NCBI GenBank assembly: GCA_949287425.1
Contig: CASEGJ010000010.1
Span: 1,343-65,342, forward strand
Source of the DNA: an uncultured Bacillales bacterium
GTDB lineage: Bacteria; Bacillota_I; Bacilli_A; RFN20; CAG-288
Length of the DNA: 64,000 nt
Direction of reading: 5' to 3'
The first letter of the stretch is position 1, and every line of letters starts with the position of its first letter. Below are positions 1-9,807 of this stretch, piece by piece. The position numbers were made by a program, and so were the translations under genes. The notes below the pieces were generated by a model. It ran no database searches. It was given only the letters and a program-made list of their open reading frames with translations, and had not been told where the DNA came from.

Positions 1-98
1 GTATATAAATATAAGGATTATATAGCTGGCTAATATTAACTGCTAACAAATACAATTTACTATTTCAATTATCTTATTGCAAAAAAATTGAAAATATA

Positions 99-128
99 TT
101 GACAAGTAAATAAGCCTTGTAATAAGAT
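99..128 (+). promoter_or_regulatory. sigma-A-type promoter of S10 operon
   Basis: TTGACA (99-104), 18-bp spacer, TAAGAT (123-128), upstream of the rpsJ leader. Confidence 0.65.
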
Positions 129-134
129 ATTAGA

Positions 135-245
135 GCTGGTCTTTTGCCCAGTCGCTGTGAAGTGCGAAATTGTTGATACGCCCATAAGGGTTGTCATGAT
201 ATCAAGAAAATCGTACGGAGCGAATAAGCCAAATATAAGGAGGAA
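135..245 (+). ncRNA. rpsJ (S10) 5' leader, putative ribosomal-protein autoregulatory RNA
   Basis: GC-richer than flanks; GAAGTG..TTGTTGATAC..ATATCAAGAAAAT..GGAG resembles Bacilli S10 leaders; TTGATA/TATCAA can pair. Confidence 0.55.
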
Positions 246-251
246 AAAATC

Positions 252-563
252 ATGGCACAAACAAACAACATCCGTGTTCGTTTGAAAGCTTACGATCACA
301 AAGTTCTTGACGCTGCTGTTAAGAAAATCGTACAAGCTGCAACTTCAACTGGAGCCAAGGTCGTTGGCCCAATTCCGCTTCCTACTGAGAAGCAAGTTTA
401 CACTATCTTACGTTCTCCATTCGTCCATAAGGATTCTAGAGAACAATTCGAGATTAGAACTCACAAACGTCTTATCGATATTGTAAAACCTAGCAAGGCT
501 ACAAGAGATACTTTACAAAGATTAGATTTACCTTCAGGTGTCGATATCGAGATTAAATTATAA
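252..563 (+). CDS. rpsJ: 30S ribosomal protein S10
   Basis: [26 protein letters not shown]; SD AAGGAGG. Confidence 0.99.
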   Translation: MAQTNNIRVRLKAYDHKVLDAAVKKIVQAATSTGAKVVGPIPLPTEKQVYTILRSPFVHKDSREQFEIRTHKRLIDIVKPSKATRDTLQRLDLPSGVDIEIKL

Positions 564-577
564 GGAGGTAAGAAGAT

Positions 578-1276
578 ATGAAATCTATTATCGGAAGAAA
601 AATTGGTATGACTTCTGTCTTCAGTGTCGATGGAACTCAATATCCAGTTTCTGTTATCGAAGTCTTACCTAACGCTGTCGTTCAAAAGAAGACTATTGAA
701 AAAGATGGATATGAAGCTTTAGTTGTCGGATATGAAGATAAAACTAAGAATGTCAATAAAGCTTTAAAGGGAATTTTTGAAAAAGCTAAAGTTAGTCCTA
801 AAGCTGAATTACATGAATTAAAAGGTGATGAAATCTATTCTTATGAAGTTGGTCAAGAAATCCCTTGCTCAATCTTCGCTGCTGGTGATAATGTCGATGT
901 TACTGGTACTTCTAAAGGTAGAGGATATGCTGGTGTTATAAAAAGATATCACTATGCTATCGGTCCTAAAGGTCATGGTTCTGGTTATCATAGACAAATC
1001 GGTTCTTTAGCTACTAATGGTAGATGTAACAATCGTGTCCATCCTGGCAAGAAGATGTCTGGTCATCATGGTAACTATACAAGAACTACTCAAAATCTTA
1101 CTGTAGTTGCCGTCTATCCTGAAAAGAATGCCATTTTAATTAAAGGTAGTGTTCCTGGTCCTAATAAATCAATCGTCAAGATTAAGACCGCTGTTAAAGC
1201 TCCTAACCTCAAACACGAAGTTAAAGAGCTAGTTAACAACACTCCTAAACAAGAAGCTAGTCAGGAAGCTAAATAA
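578..1276 (+). CDS. rplC: 50S ribosomal protein L3
   Basis: GRKIGMT, DVTGTSKGRG, KGSVPG; operon position. Confidence 0.99.
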   Translation: MKSIIGRKIGMTSVFSVDGTQYPVSVIEVLPNAVVQKKTIEKDGYEALVVGYEDKTKNVNKALKGIFEKAKVSPKAELHELKGDEIYSYEVGQEIPCSIFAAGDNVDVTGTSKGRGYAGVIKRYHYAIGPKGHGSGYHRQIGSLATNGRCNNRVHPGKKMSGHHGNYTRTTQNLTVVAVYPEKNAILIKGSVPGPNKSIVKIKTAVKAPNLKHEVKELVNNTPKQEASQEAK

Positions 1277-1290
1277 GAAGGAGTATAACA

Positions 1291-1971
1291 ATGGATACAA
1301 ATACTATTAAAACTATCGAGTTAGATGTCGTTGATTTTTCTAACAAGAAAGTCGGTACTATAAATCTCACTAACGCTTTATTCAATACTGAAATAAATGA
1401 ATTCTCAGTTCAAAAGGCTGTTAAAGTCGACTTAGCTAACAGAAGACAAGCCACTGCTAAAACTAAAGGCATTTCTGAAGTTAGAGGTTCTGGTAAAAAA
1501 CCTTGGAGACAAAAGGGGACTGGCCGTGCTAGAGCTGGTTCAAGACGTTCTCCTATCTGGGTTGGTGGTGCTACTATCTTTGGACCTACTGGAGTTCAAA
1601 ATTTCAAATTAAAAATTAATAAACAAGAACACTTTATCGCTTTAACTAGCGTCTTAACTGAAAAAGTTAACGAAAAGAAAGTCAGTGTTATTGCCGATGA
1701 GAAGTTTACTTCTCCAAAAACAAAAGACTTCGTTAAATTCTTACAAGATATGAATTTAGCTGATAAAAAGGTCTTGTTTGTTATCGGTGAATACGATGAT
1801 AACTTTGTTAAAGCTTGTAGAAATATTCCTAATTTAACTGTTGTTTCACCTGATAATGTTTCAGTCTATGATGTCTTATATGCTGATCAGTTAGTCTTTA
1901 CTAAAGGTGTTATTGAAGAATATAACGAAATCTTCAACTATGAATTAGGATTTGAAGGGGAGGCTAAATAA
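1291..1971 (+). CDS. rplD: 50S ribosomal protein L4
   Basis: KPWRQKGTGRARAGSRRSPIWVGG. Confidence 0.99.
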   Translation: MDTNTIKTIELDVVDFSNKKVGTINLTNALFNTEINEFSVQKAVKVDLANRRQATAKTKGISEVRGSGKKPWRQKGTGRARAGSRRSPIWVGGATIFGPTGVQNFKLKINKQEHFIALTSVLTEKVNEKKVSVIADEKFTSPKTKDFVKFLQDMNLADKKVLFVIGEYDDNFVKACRNIPNLTVVSPDNVSVYDVLYADQLVFTKGVIEEYNEIFNYELGFEGEAK

Positions 1972-1973
1972 CC

Positions 1974-2639
1974 ATGGCAGAAGAAATTTTAAATCAAGAA
2001 GAAGTTAAGCCTGCTAAGGCTAAAAGAGCTTCTAGTAAAAAAGTAGATAATAAATCTGAAGAAGAAAAACCTGTTAAGAAAGCAGCTAGCAAAAGAACTA
2101 AAAAAGCTAGTGAAGATGCTTCAGAAGTAAAAGAAGTCAAAAAGACTACTAGAAAAACTACCAAGAAAGTAAGTGAAGAAAAAGTTGAAGCTGAAGCTAA
2201 AGTTGAAAAGACTGAAGAAGTTAAACCAGCTAAAGTTAAAAAGTCAACTAAAAAAGCTGAAACAAGTGAAGAAGTTAAACCTGAAGTTGTTGAATCTAAA
2301 TCCGAAGTCACTTTCAAATATAGACCAGCAACTAACAAAGATTACGATTTATTATTAAATAACATCGTTACTGAAAAAACTCAAAATTTATCAATCAATA
2401 ACAACACTATTACTTTAAAGGTTTCTAATAAAGCTACCGCTAATGAAGTTAAAGCTGCTGTTCAAGCTGTCTTCGGTGTTAAAGTTGATAAAGTAAATAT
2501 TGTTAAAGTCTTACCAAGAGCTAAAAGAGTTACTAGATATCCTGGTCATGTTCCTGGTTATAAAAAAGCTTACGTTAAAATCAATAAAGACTTTAATTTA
2601 GGAGAAATAGCTAAAGCTACTTCAACTGAAAGTAATTAA
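1974..2639 (+). CDS. rplW: 50S ribosomal protein L23 with long K/E-rich N-terminal extension
   Basis: C-terminal ~100 aa is uL23 (VTEK, FGVKVDKVN, YKKAYV), between rplD and rplB; SD GGAGG before the ATG at 1974. Confidence 0.95.
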   Translation: MAEEILNQEEVKPAKAKRASSKKVDNKSEEEKPVKKAASKRTKKASEDASEVKEVKKTTRKTTKKVSEEKVEAEAKVEKTEEVKPAKVKKSTKKAETSEEVKPEVVESKSEVTFKYRPATNKDYDLLLNNIVTEKTQNLSINNNTITLKVSNKATANEVKAAVQAVFGVKVDKVNIVKVLPRAKRVTRYPGHVPGYKKAYVKINKDFNLGEIAKATSTESN

Positions 2640-2668
2640 CAGATTGCAAATTATAGGAGGAAAAATTA

Positions 2669-3502
2669 ATGGCTATTAAAACATACAAGCCTACTAGTGC
2701 TGGTAGTCGTCATAAAACTTCTACTGACTATAGTATGCTAACTAAAAAGGCTCCTGAAAAAGCACTGTTACGTCCATTAACTAAAAATGGCGGCCGTAAC
2801 AATCAGGGCTATATTACTTGCCGTCATAGAGGTGGTGGTAATAAAAGAATGTATCGTATCATTGACTTTAAGAGAATTAAAGACGATGTCCCTGGAAAGG
2901 TAACTGCCTTAGAATACGATCCAAATAGAAATGCTTTTATCGCTTTGGTTCAATATGATGATGGTGTTAAAACTTATATCATCGCTCCAAGTGGATTAAA
3001 AGTTGGTGATGTCGTTGTTTCTGGAAGAAATAAGGATATTAAAACTGGTAACTGCATGCCTTTATCTGATATTCCTGAAGGTATCATGGTTCACAATATT
3101 GAATTTGAACCTGGAAAGGGCGGTCAAATCTGCCGTGCTGCTGGTACCTCTGCTCAAATCTTAGGTAAAGAAGGTAAATATGTTACTTTGAGATTACAAT
3201 CAGGTGAAGTTAGAAAAGTCTTAGCTACTTGTAGAGCTACTATCGGTGTTGTTTCTAACGAAGATTATAACCTCGTTCACTTTGGTAAAGCTGGTAAGAC
3301 TAGATATCTCGGCTTTAGACCTACTGTTAGAGGTTCTGTTATGAACCCTAACGATCACCCTCATGGTGGTGGTGAAGGTAAATCACCTGTCGGTAGAGAT
3401 GCTCCTAGAACTCCTTGGGGTAAAAGAGCTCTCGGTGTTAAAACTAGAAAACACAACAATCGTTCTAACAGATTGATCGTTAGACGTATCAATGACAAAT
3501 AA
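2669..3502 (+). CDS. rplB: 50S ribosomal protein L2
   Basis: [19 protein letters not shown]. Confidence 0.99.
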   Translation: MAIKTYKPTSAGSRHKTSTDYSMLTKKAPEKALLRPLTKNGGRNNQGYITCRHRGGGNKRMYRIIDFKRIKDDVPGKVTALEYDPNRNAFIALVQYDDGVKTYIIAPSGLKVGDVVVSGRNKDIKTGNCMPLSDIPEGIMVHNIEFEPGKGGQICRAAGTSAQILGKEGKYVTLRLQSGEVRKVLATCRATIGVVSNEDYNLVHFGKAGKTRYLGFRPTVRGSVMNPNDHPHGGGEGKSPVGRDAPRTPWGKRALGVKTRKHNNRSNRLIVRRINDK

Positions 3503-3516
3503 TAGGAGGAAAAAAG

Positions 3517-3798
3517 ATGCATCGTTCTGTTAAAAAAGGACCTTACTGCGAAGCTAAGCTCTTATCAAGAGTAGAAGCTCAAAAGGCCTCTAATAAAAAA
3601 AGTGTCATCAAAACTTGGTCAAGAAGAAGTACCATTCTTCCTCAATTTGTCGAGATGACTATTGCTGTTTATAACGGCAAGACTCACGTTCCTGTATATA
3701 TTACTGAAGATATGGTCGGTCACAAATTAGGTGAATTTGTTCCTACTAGAACTTTCAAAGGCCATGGTGGTGATTCTACCACTAATACTGGCAAATAA
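3517..3798 (+). CDS. rpsS: 30S ribosomal protein S19
   Basis: [18 protein letters not shown]. Confidence 0.99.
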   Translation: MHRSVKKGPYCEAKLLSRVEAQKASNKKSVIKTWSRRSTILPQFVEMTIAVYNGKTHVPVYITEDMVGHKLGEFVPTRTFKGHGGDSTTNTGK

Positions 3799-3816
3799 GA
3801 TTAAGGAGTAAGTATA

Positions 3817-4203
3817 ATGGCAAAGAAACAAAAAGAAGAAAAGAAAGTTGAACCTACTCGTAATCAAGCTAAAGCCATAACTAGAAATATCGGTGTAACT
3901 CCTAGAAAAGTTCGCCTAGTTATCGATTTAGTTAGAGGTAAAGGTTTACAAGAAGCTTATTCTATTTTAGAAAATACTAACAAAGCCGCTAGCAATGTGG
4001 TTTTAAAGACAATCAAGTCCGCTGAAGCTAATGCTGTTAACAATTTCCATATGAATCCTAGCGATTTATATATCTCAAAGATTTTTGCTGGTGATGGACC
4101 TCGTCTTAAAAGATATTTACCTAGAGCTAAAGGTAGCGCCTCTGGCTTAGTTAAAAGAATGTCAATGTTAACAGTTGAAGTTTCTATGAAAGGAGTTAGA
4201 TAA
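3817..4203 (+). CDS. rplV: 50S ribosomal protein L22
   Basis: PRKVRLVIDLVRGK, SAEANA, PRAKG. Confidence 0.99.
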   Translation: MAKKQKEEKKVEPTRNQAKAITRNIGVTPRKVRLVIDLVRGKGLQEAYSILENTNKAASNVVLKTIKSAEANAVNNFHMNPSDLYISKIFAGDGPRLKRYLPRAKGSASGLVKRMSMLTVEVSMKGVR

Positions 4204-4206
4204 CTT

Positions 4207-4983
4207 ATGGGTCAAAAAGTTAATCCTACTGGACTTAGAATTGGTATTACCAAAGATTGGTCTTCTAAATGGTATGCTGAGAAAAATGATTTTTCTAAGT
4301 ATTTAGGTGTTGATTTAAAGATTAGAAATTTCTTATCTAGCGCCTTAGAAGCTGCTATGTTATCTCATATTGATATTGAACGTATCAAAGATAGAATTAA
4401 GGTTTCAGTCTTTGTTGCTCGTCCTGGTGTCGTCATCGGTCAAGATGGTAGCAATATCAAAAAGATCAAAGAAGGCTTAGTTAAAATTACCGGCTTAACT
4501 GATCAAAATATTCAGTTAACTGTCGTTGAAATTAAAAATCCTGATTTAGACGCTACTTTAGTTGCTAAATCAATCGCTAAACAATTAGAAGAAAGAGCTA
4601 GCTTCCGTGTTGTTCAAAAGAAAGCTATTAAATCTGTTATTTCTAGCGGTGCTAAAGGCTGCAAAACTATGGTTAAAGGTAGAGTTGGTGGAGCTGAAAT
4701 TGCTAGAACCGAACAATATAGAGAAGGAACTCTTTCCTTACAAACTTTATCTCAAAATATCGACTATGGTTTTGCTGAAGCTAAAACCACTTATGGTAGA
4801 TTAGGTGTTAAAGTTTGGATTTCTTTACCTGAAGCTTTCAATAACGTCATAGCTTCTGGTGAAAAAGTTAGAACTAATAGAAATGATCATCGTCCTAACT
4901 TGAGAAAGAATTTCAATAGAAGCAACGCTTCTAAAAAACCAGTTGAAGCTGCTCCAGTTCCAGCTGATAAGAAAGGAGAGTAA
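4207..4983 (+). CDS. rpsC: 30S ribosomal protein S3
   Basis: MGQKVNP, RPGVVIG, GAEIAR, GVKVWI; basic C-terminal tail. Confidence 0.99.
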   Translation: MGQKVNPTGLRIGITKDWSSKWYAEKNDFSKYLGVDLKIRNFLSSALEAAMLSHIDIERIKDRIKVSVFVARPGVVIGQDGSNIKKIKEGLVKITGLTDQNIQLTVVEIKNPDLDATLVAKSIAKQLEERASFRVVQKKAIKSVISSGAKGCKTMVKGRVGGAEIARTEQYREGTLSLQTLSQNIDYGFAEAKTTYGRLGVKVWISLPEAFNNVIASGEKVRTNRNDHRPNLRKNFNRSNASKKPVEAAPVPADKKGE

Positions 4984-4985
4984 GC

Positions 4986-5405
4986 ATGTTACAACCAAAA
5001 CGTGTTAAATATAGAAGACCGCATGGATTATCCTACGAAGGTCTATCTAAAGGCGGTAATACTGTTATCTATGGTAGTTATGGTTTACAAGCTACCTCTG
5101 GAAATTATGTCTCTAACCGTCAAATTGAAGCTTGCCGTATCGTTTTATCTAGATATACTAGAAAAGGCGGCGATGTATATATCAGAATTTTCCCACAATT
5201 AGGTAAAACTAAAAAACCTGCTGAAGTTCGTATGGGTTCTGGTAAAGGTTCTATTGATAGTTGGGTTTGTCCAGTCAAAGTCAATAAAATCTTATTCGAA
5301 ATCGGTGGAATTGATGATTCTATTGCTATGGAAGCTCTCCGTCAAGCTGGATATAAACTTCCATGTAGAACTAGAGTTGTTAAAAAAGGACAGGAGGATA
5401 GATAA
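4986..5405 (+). CDS. rplP: 50S ribosomal protein L16
   Basis: MLQPKRVKYR, EVRMGSGKG. Confidence 0.99.
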   Translation: MLQPKRVKYRRPHGLSYEGLSKGGNTVIYGSYGLQATSGNYVSNRQIEACRIVLSRYTRKGGDVYIRIFPQLGKTKKPAEVRMGSGKGSIDSWVCPVKVNKILFEIGGIDDSIAMEALRQAGYKLPCRTRVVKKGQEDR

Positions 5406-5407
5406 AT

Positions 5408-5614
5408 ATGAATATTCAAGAAGTTAGAAAACTATCCGATAAGGAACTTGTCGAAAAAGTTTCTGAACTTAAAGGTAATCTTATGGTCTTAAGATTCCAA
5501 CAAAAGTCTGGAAATTTAGATAATGGTAAAAAGATTACTGAAGTTAGAAAATCCATTGCTAAATGTCTAACTGTTCAGAAAGAAAGAGAAATTGCCTCTA
5601 AGGCCGCTAAATAG
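5408..5614 (+). CDS. rpmC: 50S ribosomal protein L29
   Basis: LRFQ..G.L, VRKSIA; operon position. Confidence 0.97.
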   Translation: MNIQEVRKLSDKELVEKVSELKGNLMVLRFQQKSGNLDNGKKITEVRKSIAKCLTVQKEREIASKAAK

Positions 5615-5628
5615 GAAGGAGATAGGAA

Positions 5629-5886
5629 ATGGCTGAAACTAAATCAAGACGTACCTTACAAGGTATTGTTGTCTCCGACAAAATGAACAAAACCATTACT
5701 GTCGAAGTTAAAACTTATAAAAATCATCCTATATACGGCAAAAGAGTCGAATATAGAAAGAAATACAAGGCTCACGATGAGAAAGAATTAGCTCATGTTG
5801 GTGATACTGTCGAAATCGAAGAAACCAGACATATTGCCAAAACTGTTTATTTCCGTCTTATCAAAGTAGTCAGTAAGGGGGAATAG
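5629..5886 (+). CDS. rpsQ: 30S ribosomal protein S17
   Basis: [22 protein letters not shown]. Confidence 0.99.
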   Translation: MAETKSRRTLQGIVVSDKMNKTITVEVKTYKNHPIYGKRVEYRKKYKAHDEKELAHVGDTVEIEETRHIAKTVYFRLIKVVSKGE

Positions 5887-5889
5887 TAT

Positions 5890-6264
5890 ATGGTTCAAAA
5901 CGAAACTAATCTCGTTGTTGCTGATAATTCTGGTGCTCAATCTGTTAGAATTTTCCGCTTATTAGGCGGTTCTAAAAGAAAGTCCAGCTCTATTGGTGAT
6001 ATCGTTATCTGCGCTGTTAAACAAGCTATACCTAACGCTAAAGTTAAAAAAGGTGATGTTGTTAAAGGCGTAATCATTAGAGTTAAAAAAGCTTATCAAA
6101 GAAAAGATGGTTCAACTATCAGATTCGATGATAACGCTATTGTTCTATTAAATGATGACTTAACTCCAAAAGGCACTCGTGTCTTTGGTCCTGTCGCTAG
6201 AGAATTAAGAGATAAAGGAGAAGGCTTTATGAAGATCATCTCCTTAGCTCCTGAAGTTATTTAA
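5890..6264 (+). CDS. rplN: 50S ribosomal protein L14
   Basis: [26 protein letters not shown]. Confidence 0.99.
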   Translation: MVQNETNLVVADNSGAQSVRIFRLLGGSKRKSSSIGDIVICAVKQAIPNAKVKKGDVVKGVIIRVKKAYQRKDGSTIRFDDNAIVLLNDDLTPKGTRVFGPVARELRDKGEGFMKIISLAPEVI

Positions 6265-6279
6265 TGGGGAGGAAAGATA

Positions 6280-6588
6280 ATGAAAATTAAAAAAGGTGAT
6301 AATGTAATTGTCATTTCTGGTAAAGATAAAGGCAAAACTGGCATCGTTCAAAAAGCCTTCCCAAAAGCTGGTAAGGTCATCATTGATGGTGTTAATTTAA
6401 GAAAGAAACACGTTAAACCAACCCAAGCTAATCCTGATGGAAGTATAGTTAATATCTATGCTCCAATCTATGCTTCTAAAGTTGCTATTGTCGATCCAAA
6501 AACTAAAAAAGCAACTAAGGTTGGATATAAATTCGTTGACAATAAGAAAGTCCGTTACGCAAAAGATAGCGGCACTATAATTGACTAA
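6280..6588 (+). CDS. rplX: 50S ribosomal protein L24
   Basis: [19 protein letters not shown] motif. Confidence 0.99.
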   Translation: MKIKKGDNVIVISGKDKGKTGIVQKAFPKAGKVIIDGVNLRKKHVKPTQANPDGSIVNIYAPIYASKVAIVDPKTKKATKVGYKFVDNKKVRYAKDSGTIID

Positions 6589-6598
6589 GGAGGTATTT

Positions 6599-7198
6599 AT
6601 GGCTGAAACTAAAAAAGTTAAAAAGACTTCTGGAAATGGTAATAAAGCTCCTAAATACGTCTCCAGAGTTCAATTAGATTATGTTGAAAGAGTCGTTCCT
6701 AAATTGATGAAACAATTTAACTATTCATCAGTTATGGAAGTTCCTCACCTTGAAAAGATTGTTATTAATATGGGCGTTGGAGAAGCGGCTGCTAATTCAA
6801 AAGAAATCGAAGATGCTGTTAACGATTTAACTCTTATCGCTGGTCAAAAACCAGTTGTAACTTATACTAAGAAAGCTATCGCTAATTTCAAAATTAGAGA
6901 ACATCAAGCTATCGGATGTAAAGTTACCTTACGTGGAATTAGAATGTACGATTTCTACGATAAATTAGTTAGCATCGCTTTACCTAGAGTTAGAGATTTC
7001 CGTGGTGTTTCTAAGAATTCATTCGATTCTAGAGGTAACTACGCTTTAGGTATCAAAGAACAATTGATTTTCCCAGAAATTGATTATGATAAGATTTCTC
7101 ACATTCGTGGTATGGATATTATCATCGTCACTTCTGCTAAGACCGATAAAGAGGCATATGCTTTATTAGAAGAGCTCAAGATGCCTTTCAAGAAATAA
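6599..7198 (+). CDS. rplE: 50S ribosomal protein L5
   Basis: [23 protein letters not shown]; start moved to ATG 6599 after SD AAGGAGG. Confidence 0.98.
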   Translation: MAETKKVKKTSGNGNKAPKYVSRVQLDYVERVVPKLMKQFNYSSVMEVPHLEKIVINMGVGEAAANSKEIEDAVNDLTLIAGQKPVVTYTKKAIANFKIREHQAIGCKVTLRGIRMYDFYDKLVSIALPRVRDFRGVSKNSFDSRGNYALGIKEQLIFPEIDYDKISHIRGMDIIIVTSAKTDKEAYALLEELKMPFKK

Positions 7199-7209
7199 GG
7201 AGATAACTT

Positions 7210-7395
7210 ATGGCAAAAAAATCATTAAAAGTTAAATGTGCTGGTCCTCAAAAGTTCAAGGTTAGAGAATATAACCGTTGTCAAAGATGCGGACGTCCAC
7301 ATGGTGTTTATCGTAAGTTCGGTCTTTGCCGTATCTGCCTAAGAGAATTAGCTTATAAAGGCGAAATCCCTGGCATGAAAAAGTCATCTTGGTAA
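7210..7395 (+). CDS. rpsN: 30S ribosomal protein S14 (Zn-binding type Z)
   Basis: 61 aa, CQRC..CRIC, ends KSSW. Confidence 0.99.
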   Translation: MAKKSLKVKCAGPQKFKVREYNRCQRCGRPHGVYRKFGLCRICLRELAYKGEIPGMKKSSW

Positions 7396-7413
7396 AAAAG
7401 GAGGTATAGAATA

Positions 7414-7806
7414 ATGTTAACAGATCCTATCGCAGATATGCTCACTCGTATCCGCAACGCTAACAAAGTAAAAGATCCTACTGTCTCTATGTCTTCTTCT
7501 AACGAGAAAGTTGAAATTGCTAAAATCTTAGCTAATGAAGGCTATATTTCTAGCTATAAAGTTGAAGGCGACAAAGTTAAAACATTGACAATCACTTTAA
7601 AATATACTGCTAAAGGTGAAAGAGTCTTAACTGATTTAAAAAGGATTTCCAAACCTGGTTTAAGAGTATATTCTAACGTTGAAAAATTACCTAGAGTTTT
7701 AAATGGCTTAGGTATTGCGATCGTTTCTACTTCAAAAGGCTTATTAACTGATAAGCAATGCCGCTTACAAAATGTCGGCGGTGAAGTTATCGCCTACGTC
7801 TATTAA
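7414..7806 (+). CDS. rpsH: 30S ribosomal protein S8
   Basis: [27 protein letters not shown]. Confidence 0.99.
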   Translation: MLTDPIADMLTRIRNANKVKDPTVSMSSSNEKVEIAKILANEGYISSYKVEGDKVKTLTITLKYTAKGERVLTDLKRISKPGLRVYSNVEKLPRVLNGLGIAIVSTSKGLLTDKQCRLQNVGGEVIAYVY

Positions 7807-7818
7807 GGAGAATAAAAA

Positions 7819-8373
7819 ATGTCAAGAATCGGTAAAAAACCAATCGTCGTCCCTGAAGGCGTCGAAATCAGTGTCAATGGTTCTGAAGTCACTGTAAAAG
7901 GACCTAAAGGAACCTTGACCCAGAGTTTCAATGCGCACATGAGCTATGAAACTAACGGGAATGAATTCATAGTCAAGCGTCCCGATGATGCAAAAGAATC
8001 TAAGATGATTCATGGTACCACCCGTGCTCTTATTCAAAATATGGTTACTGGTGTCAAAGACGGATTTACTAAGACTCTTTCCATCATTGGTATCGGTTAT
8101 GCTGCAAGTATGCAGGGTAAAAATTTAGTCTTAAGAATCGGCTTTGCCAATCCAATAACTATCGTTCCTATGGATGGAGTTACTATCTCTTGTCCAGATG
8201 CTAACACTGTTGTTGTTACTGGTATTGATGCTCAAAAAGTCGGTCAACAAGCTGCTGTTATTCGTCAAGTTAGAAAACCTGAACCTTATCATGGAAAAGG
8301 TATTCGTTACAAAGATGAAAAAGTTGAACTCAGAGTTAGTAAGGCTAAGAAGAAAGAGTCAGCTACTAAATAA
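7819..8373 (+). CDS. rplF: 50S ribosomal protein L6
   Basis: MSRIGKKP, KGPKG, PEPYHGKGIRY. Confidence 0.99.
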   Translation: MSRIGKKPIVVPEGVEISVNGSEVTVKGPKGTLTQSFNAHMSYETNGNEFIVKRPDDAKESKMIHGTTRALIQNMVTGVKDGFTKTLSIIGIGYAASMQGKNLVLRIGFANPITIVPMDGVTISCPDANTVVVTGIDAQKVGQQAAVIRQVRKPEPYHGKGIRYKDEKVELRVSKAKKKESATK

Positions 8374-8391
8374 TAAGGAGGCAAGTGAAAT

Positions 8392-8748
8392 ATGTATAAA
8401 CAAATCGATAAAAACGACGCTCGTCTTCGTAGACATTTGCGTCAAAAAGGTCATATCCAAGGCACTGCCTCTAAACCTAGAGTTTCAGTTTTTCGTTCTA
8501 ACAAGCAAATCTATGCTCAGTTAGTTGACGATGAAAAACGCGTTACTCTCGCTTCTGCTAGTTCATTAGTATTAGGCTTAGAAAATGGTTCTAATATTGA
8601 AGCTGCTAGCAAAGTTGGTGAAGCTTTAGCTAAAAAAGCTAAAGAATTAAAAATTGAAGAGGTTGTTTTTGATAGATCTGGATATGTCTATCATGGTAGA
8701 GTTGCCGCTTTAGCTGAAGCCTTGAGAAAAGGCGGACTAAAGTTCTAG
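8392..8748 (+). CDS. rplR: 50S ribosomal protein L18
   Basis: PRVSVFRSNK, FDRSGYVYHGRV. Confidence 0.99.
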   Translation: MYKQIDKNDARLRRHLRQKGHIQGTASKPRVSVFRSNKQIYAQLVDDEKRVTLASASSLVLGLENGSNIEAASKVGEALAKKAKELKIEEVVFDRSGYVYHGRVAALAEALRKGGLKF

Positions 8749-8765
8749 TAGAAAGGGATAAAGAA

Positions 8766-9374
8766 ATGGAAAACGAAGAAATGAAAACTCCTAGCGAAGT
8801 TAATTCTCCTGCTAGTGAAGAAAAAGTTGGCGAAACTAAACGCGCTGATAATCAAAAACATTCTAATCCTAGACGCAATTCTAGACCTAGAAGAACACCT
8901 GTTCAAAAAGATTATGAAGAAAGAATAGTCCATATTTCTAGAATTTCCAAAACCGTTAAAGGTGGTAGAAGAATGAAATTCTCCGCTTTAGTTGTTATCG
9001 GTAATGGAAAAGGTAAATATGGATATGGAATCGGTAAATCTATCGAAGTTCCTGAAGCTATTAAAAAGGCTTTAGCTAGTGCTAAAAGAGATTTAAGAAC
9101 TCTTCCAATCGTTAAAAATGATACAATCCCTCACACTGTGAATGGTCATTTCGGCGCTTGTAAAGTTTTCTTAAAACCTGCTCCTGCTGGTACTGGAATT
9201 GTCGCTGGTGGTCCTGTTAGAGCCATCTTAGAATTAGCCGGTGTTAAAAACGTCTATTCTAAAGTTTATGGTTCAAGATCATCTATCAACGTCATTAAAG
9301 CTACTGTTGATGGTTTAATGCAATTAAAGACAGTTTCTTTAGCTCAAGAGTCTTTGAAGAAAGATGAGGACTAA
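8766..9374 (+). CDS. rpsE: 30S ribosomal protein S5 (N-terminally extended)
   Basis: KTVKGGR, PAPAGTGIVAGG. Confidence 0.99.
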   Translation: MENEEMKTPSEVNSPASEEKVGETKRADNQKHSNPRRNSRPRRTPVQKDYEERIVHISRISKTVKGGRRMKFSALVVIGNGKGKYGYGIGKSIEVPEAIKKALASAKRDLRTLPIVKNDTIPHTVNGHFGACKVFLKPAPAGTGIVAGGPVRAILELAGVKNVYSKVYGSRSSINVIKATVDGLMQLKTVSLAQESLKKDED

Positions 9375-9377
9375 TAT

Positions 9378-9806
9378 ATGAATTTAAACGAACTTAAGAT
9401 TCAAGAAGGCTCTACTCATTCTGGCAAAAGAGTTGGTAGAGGCTTAGGCTCTGGTATGGGTAAAACTTCTACTAGAGGTCAAAAAGGTGCTGGCGCTAGA
9501 TCAGGTGGTGCTATCAATCCTGGATTTGAAGGTGGTCAGTTACCAATTTATAGACGTATTCCTAAACGTGGCTTTAAAAATATCAATCGTAAGGAGTATA
9601 ATGTTATTAATCTTTCGCAGATTGATGCTTTAGGCTTTGAAGATGGCACTGAAATTGATGTTAAGGTCTTCATCAAAGATAACGGCCCTGTGAAAGTACT
9701 TGGCGATGGTGAATTAAATTGTAAAATCACTATTATCGCTGATGCTTTCTCAAAAACTGCTAAAGAGAAGATTGAGAAAGCTGGCTCTATAGCCAAGGTA
9801 AGATAA
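9378..9806 (+). CDS. rplO: 50S ribosomal protein L15
   Basis: RVGRGLGSG, FEGGQLP, RRIPKRGF. Confidence 0.99.
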   Translation: MNLNELKIQEGSTHSGKRVGRGLGSGMGKTSTRGQKGAGARSGGAINPGFEGGQLPIYRRIPKRGFKNINRKEYNVINLSQIDALGFEDGTEIDVKVFIKDNGPVKVLGDGELNCKITIIADAFSKTAKEKIEKAGSIAKVR

Positions 9807-9807
9807 T

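Noticed and set aside
1994-2338. Antisense and alternate-frame ORFs (e.g. 69-335, 1994-2338, 8174-8524, 13817-14140, 22906-23256, 29993-30370)
   Set aside because: Shadows of real genes or leaders caused by codon bias and low complexity; no family motifs or evident SD.
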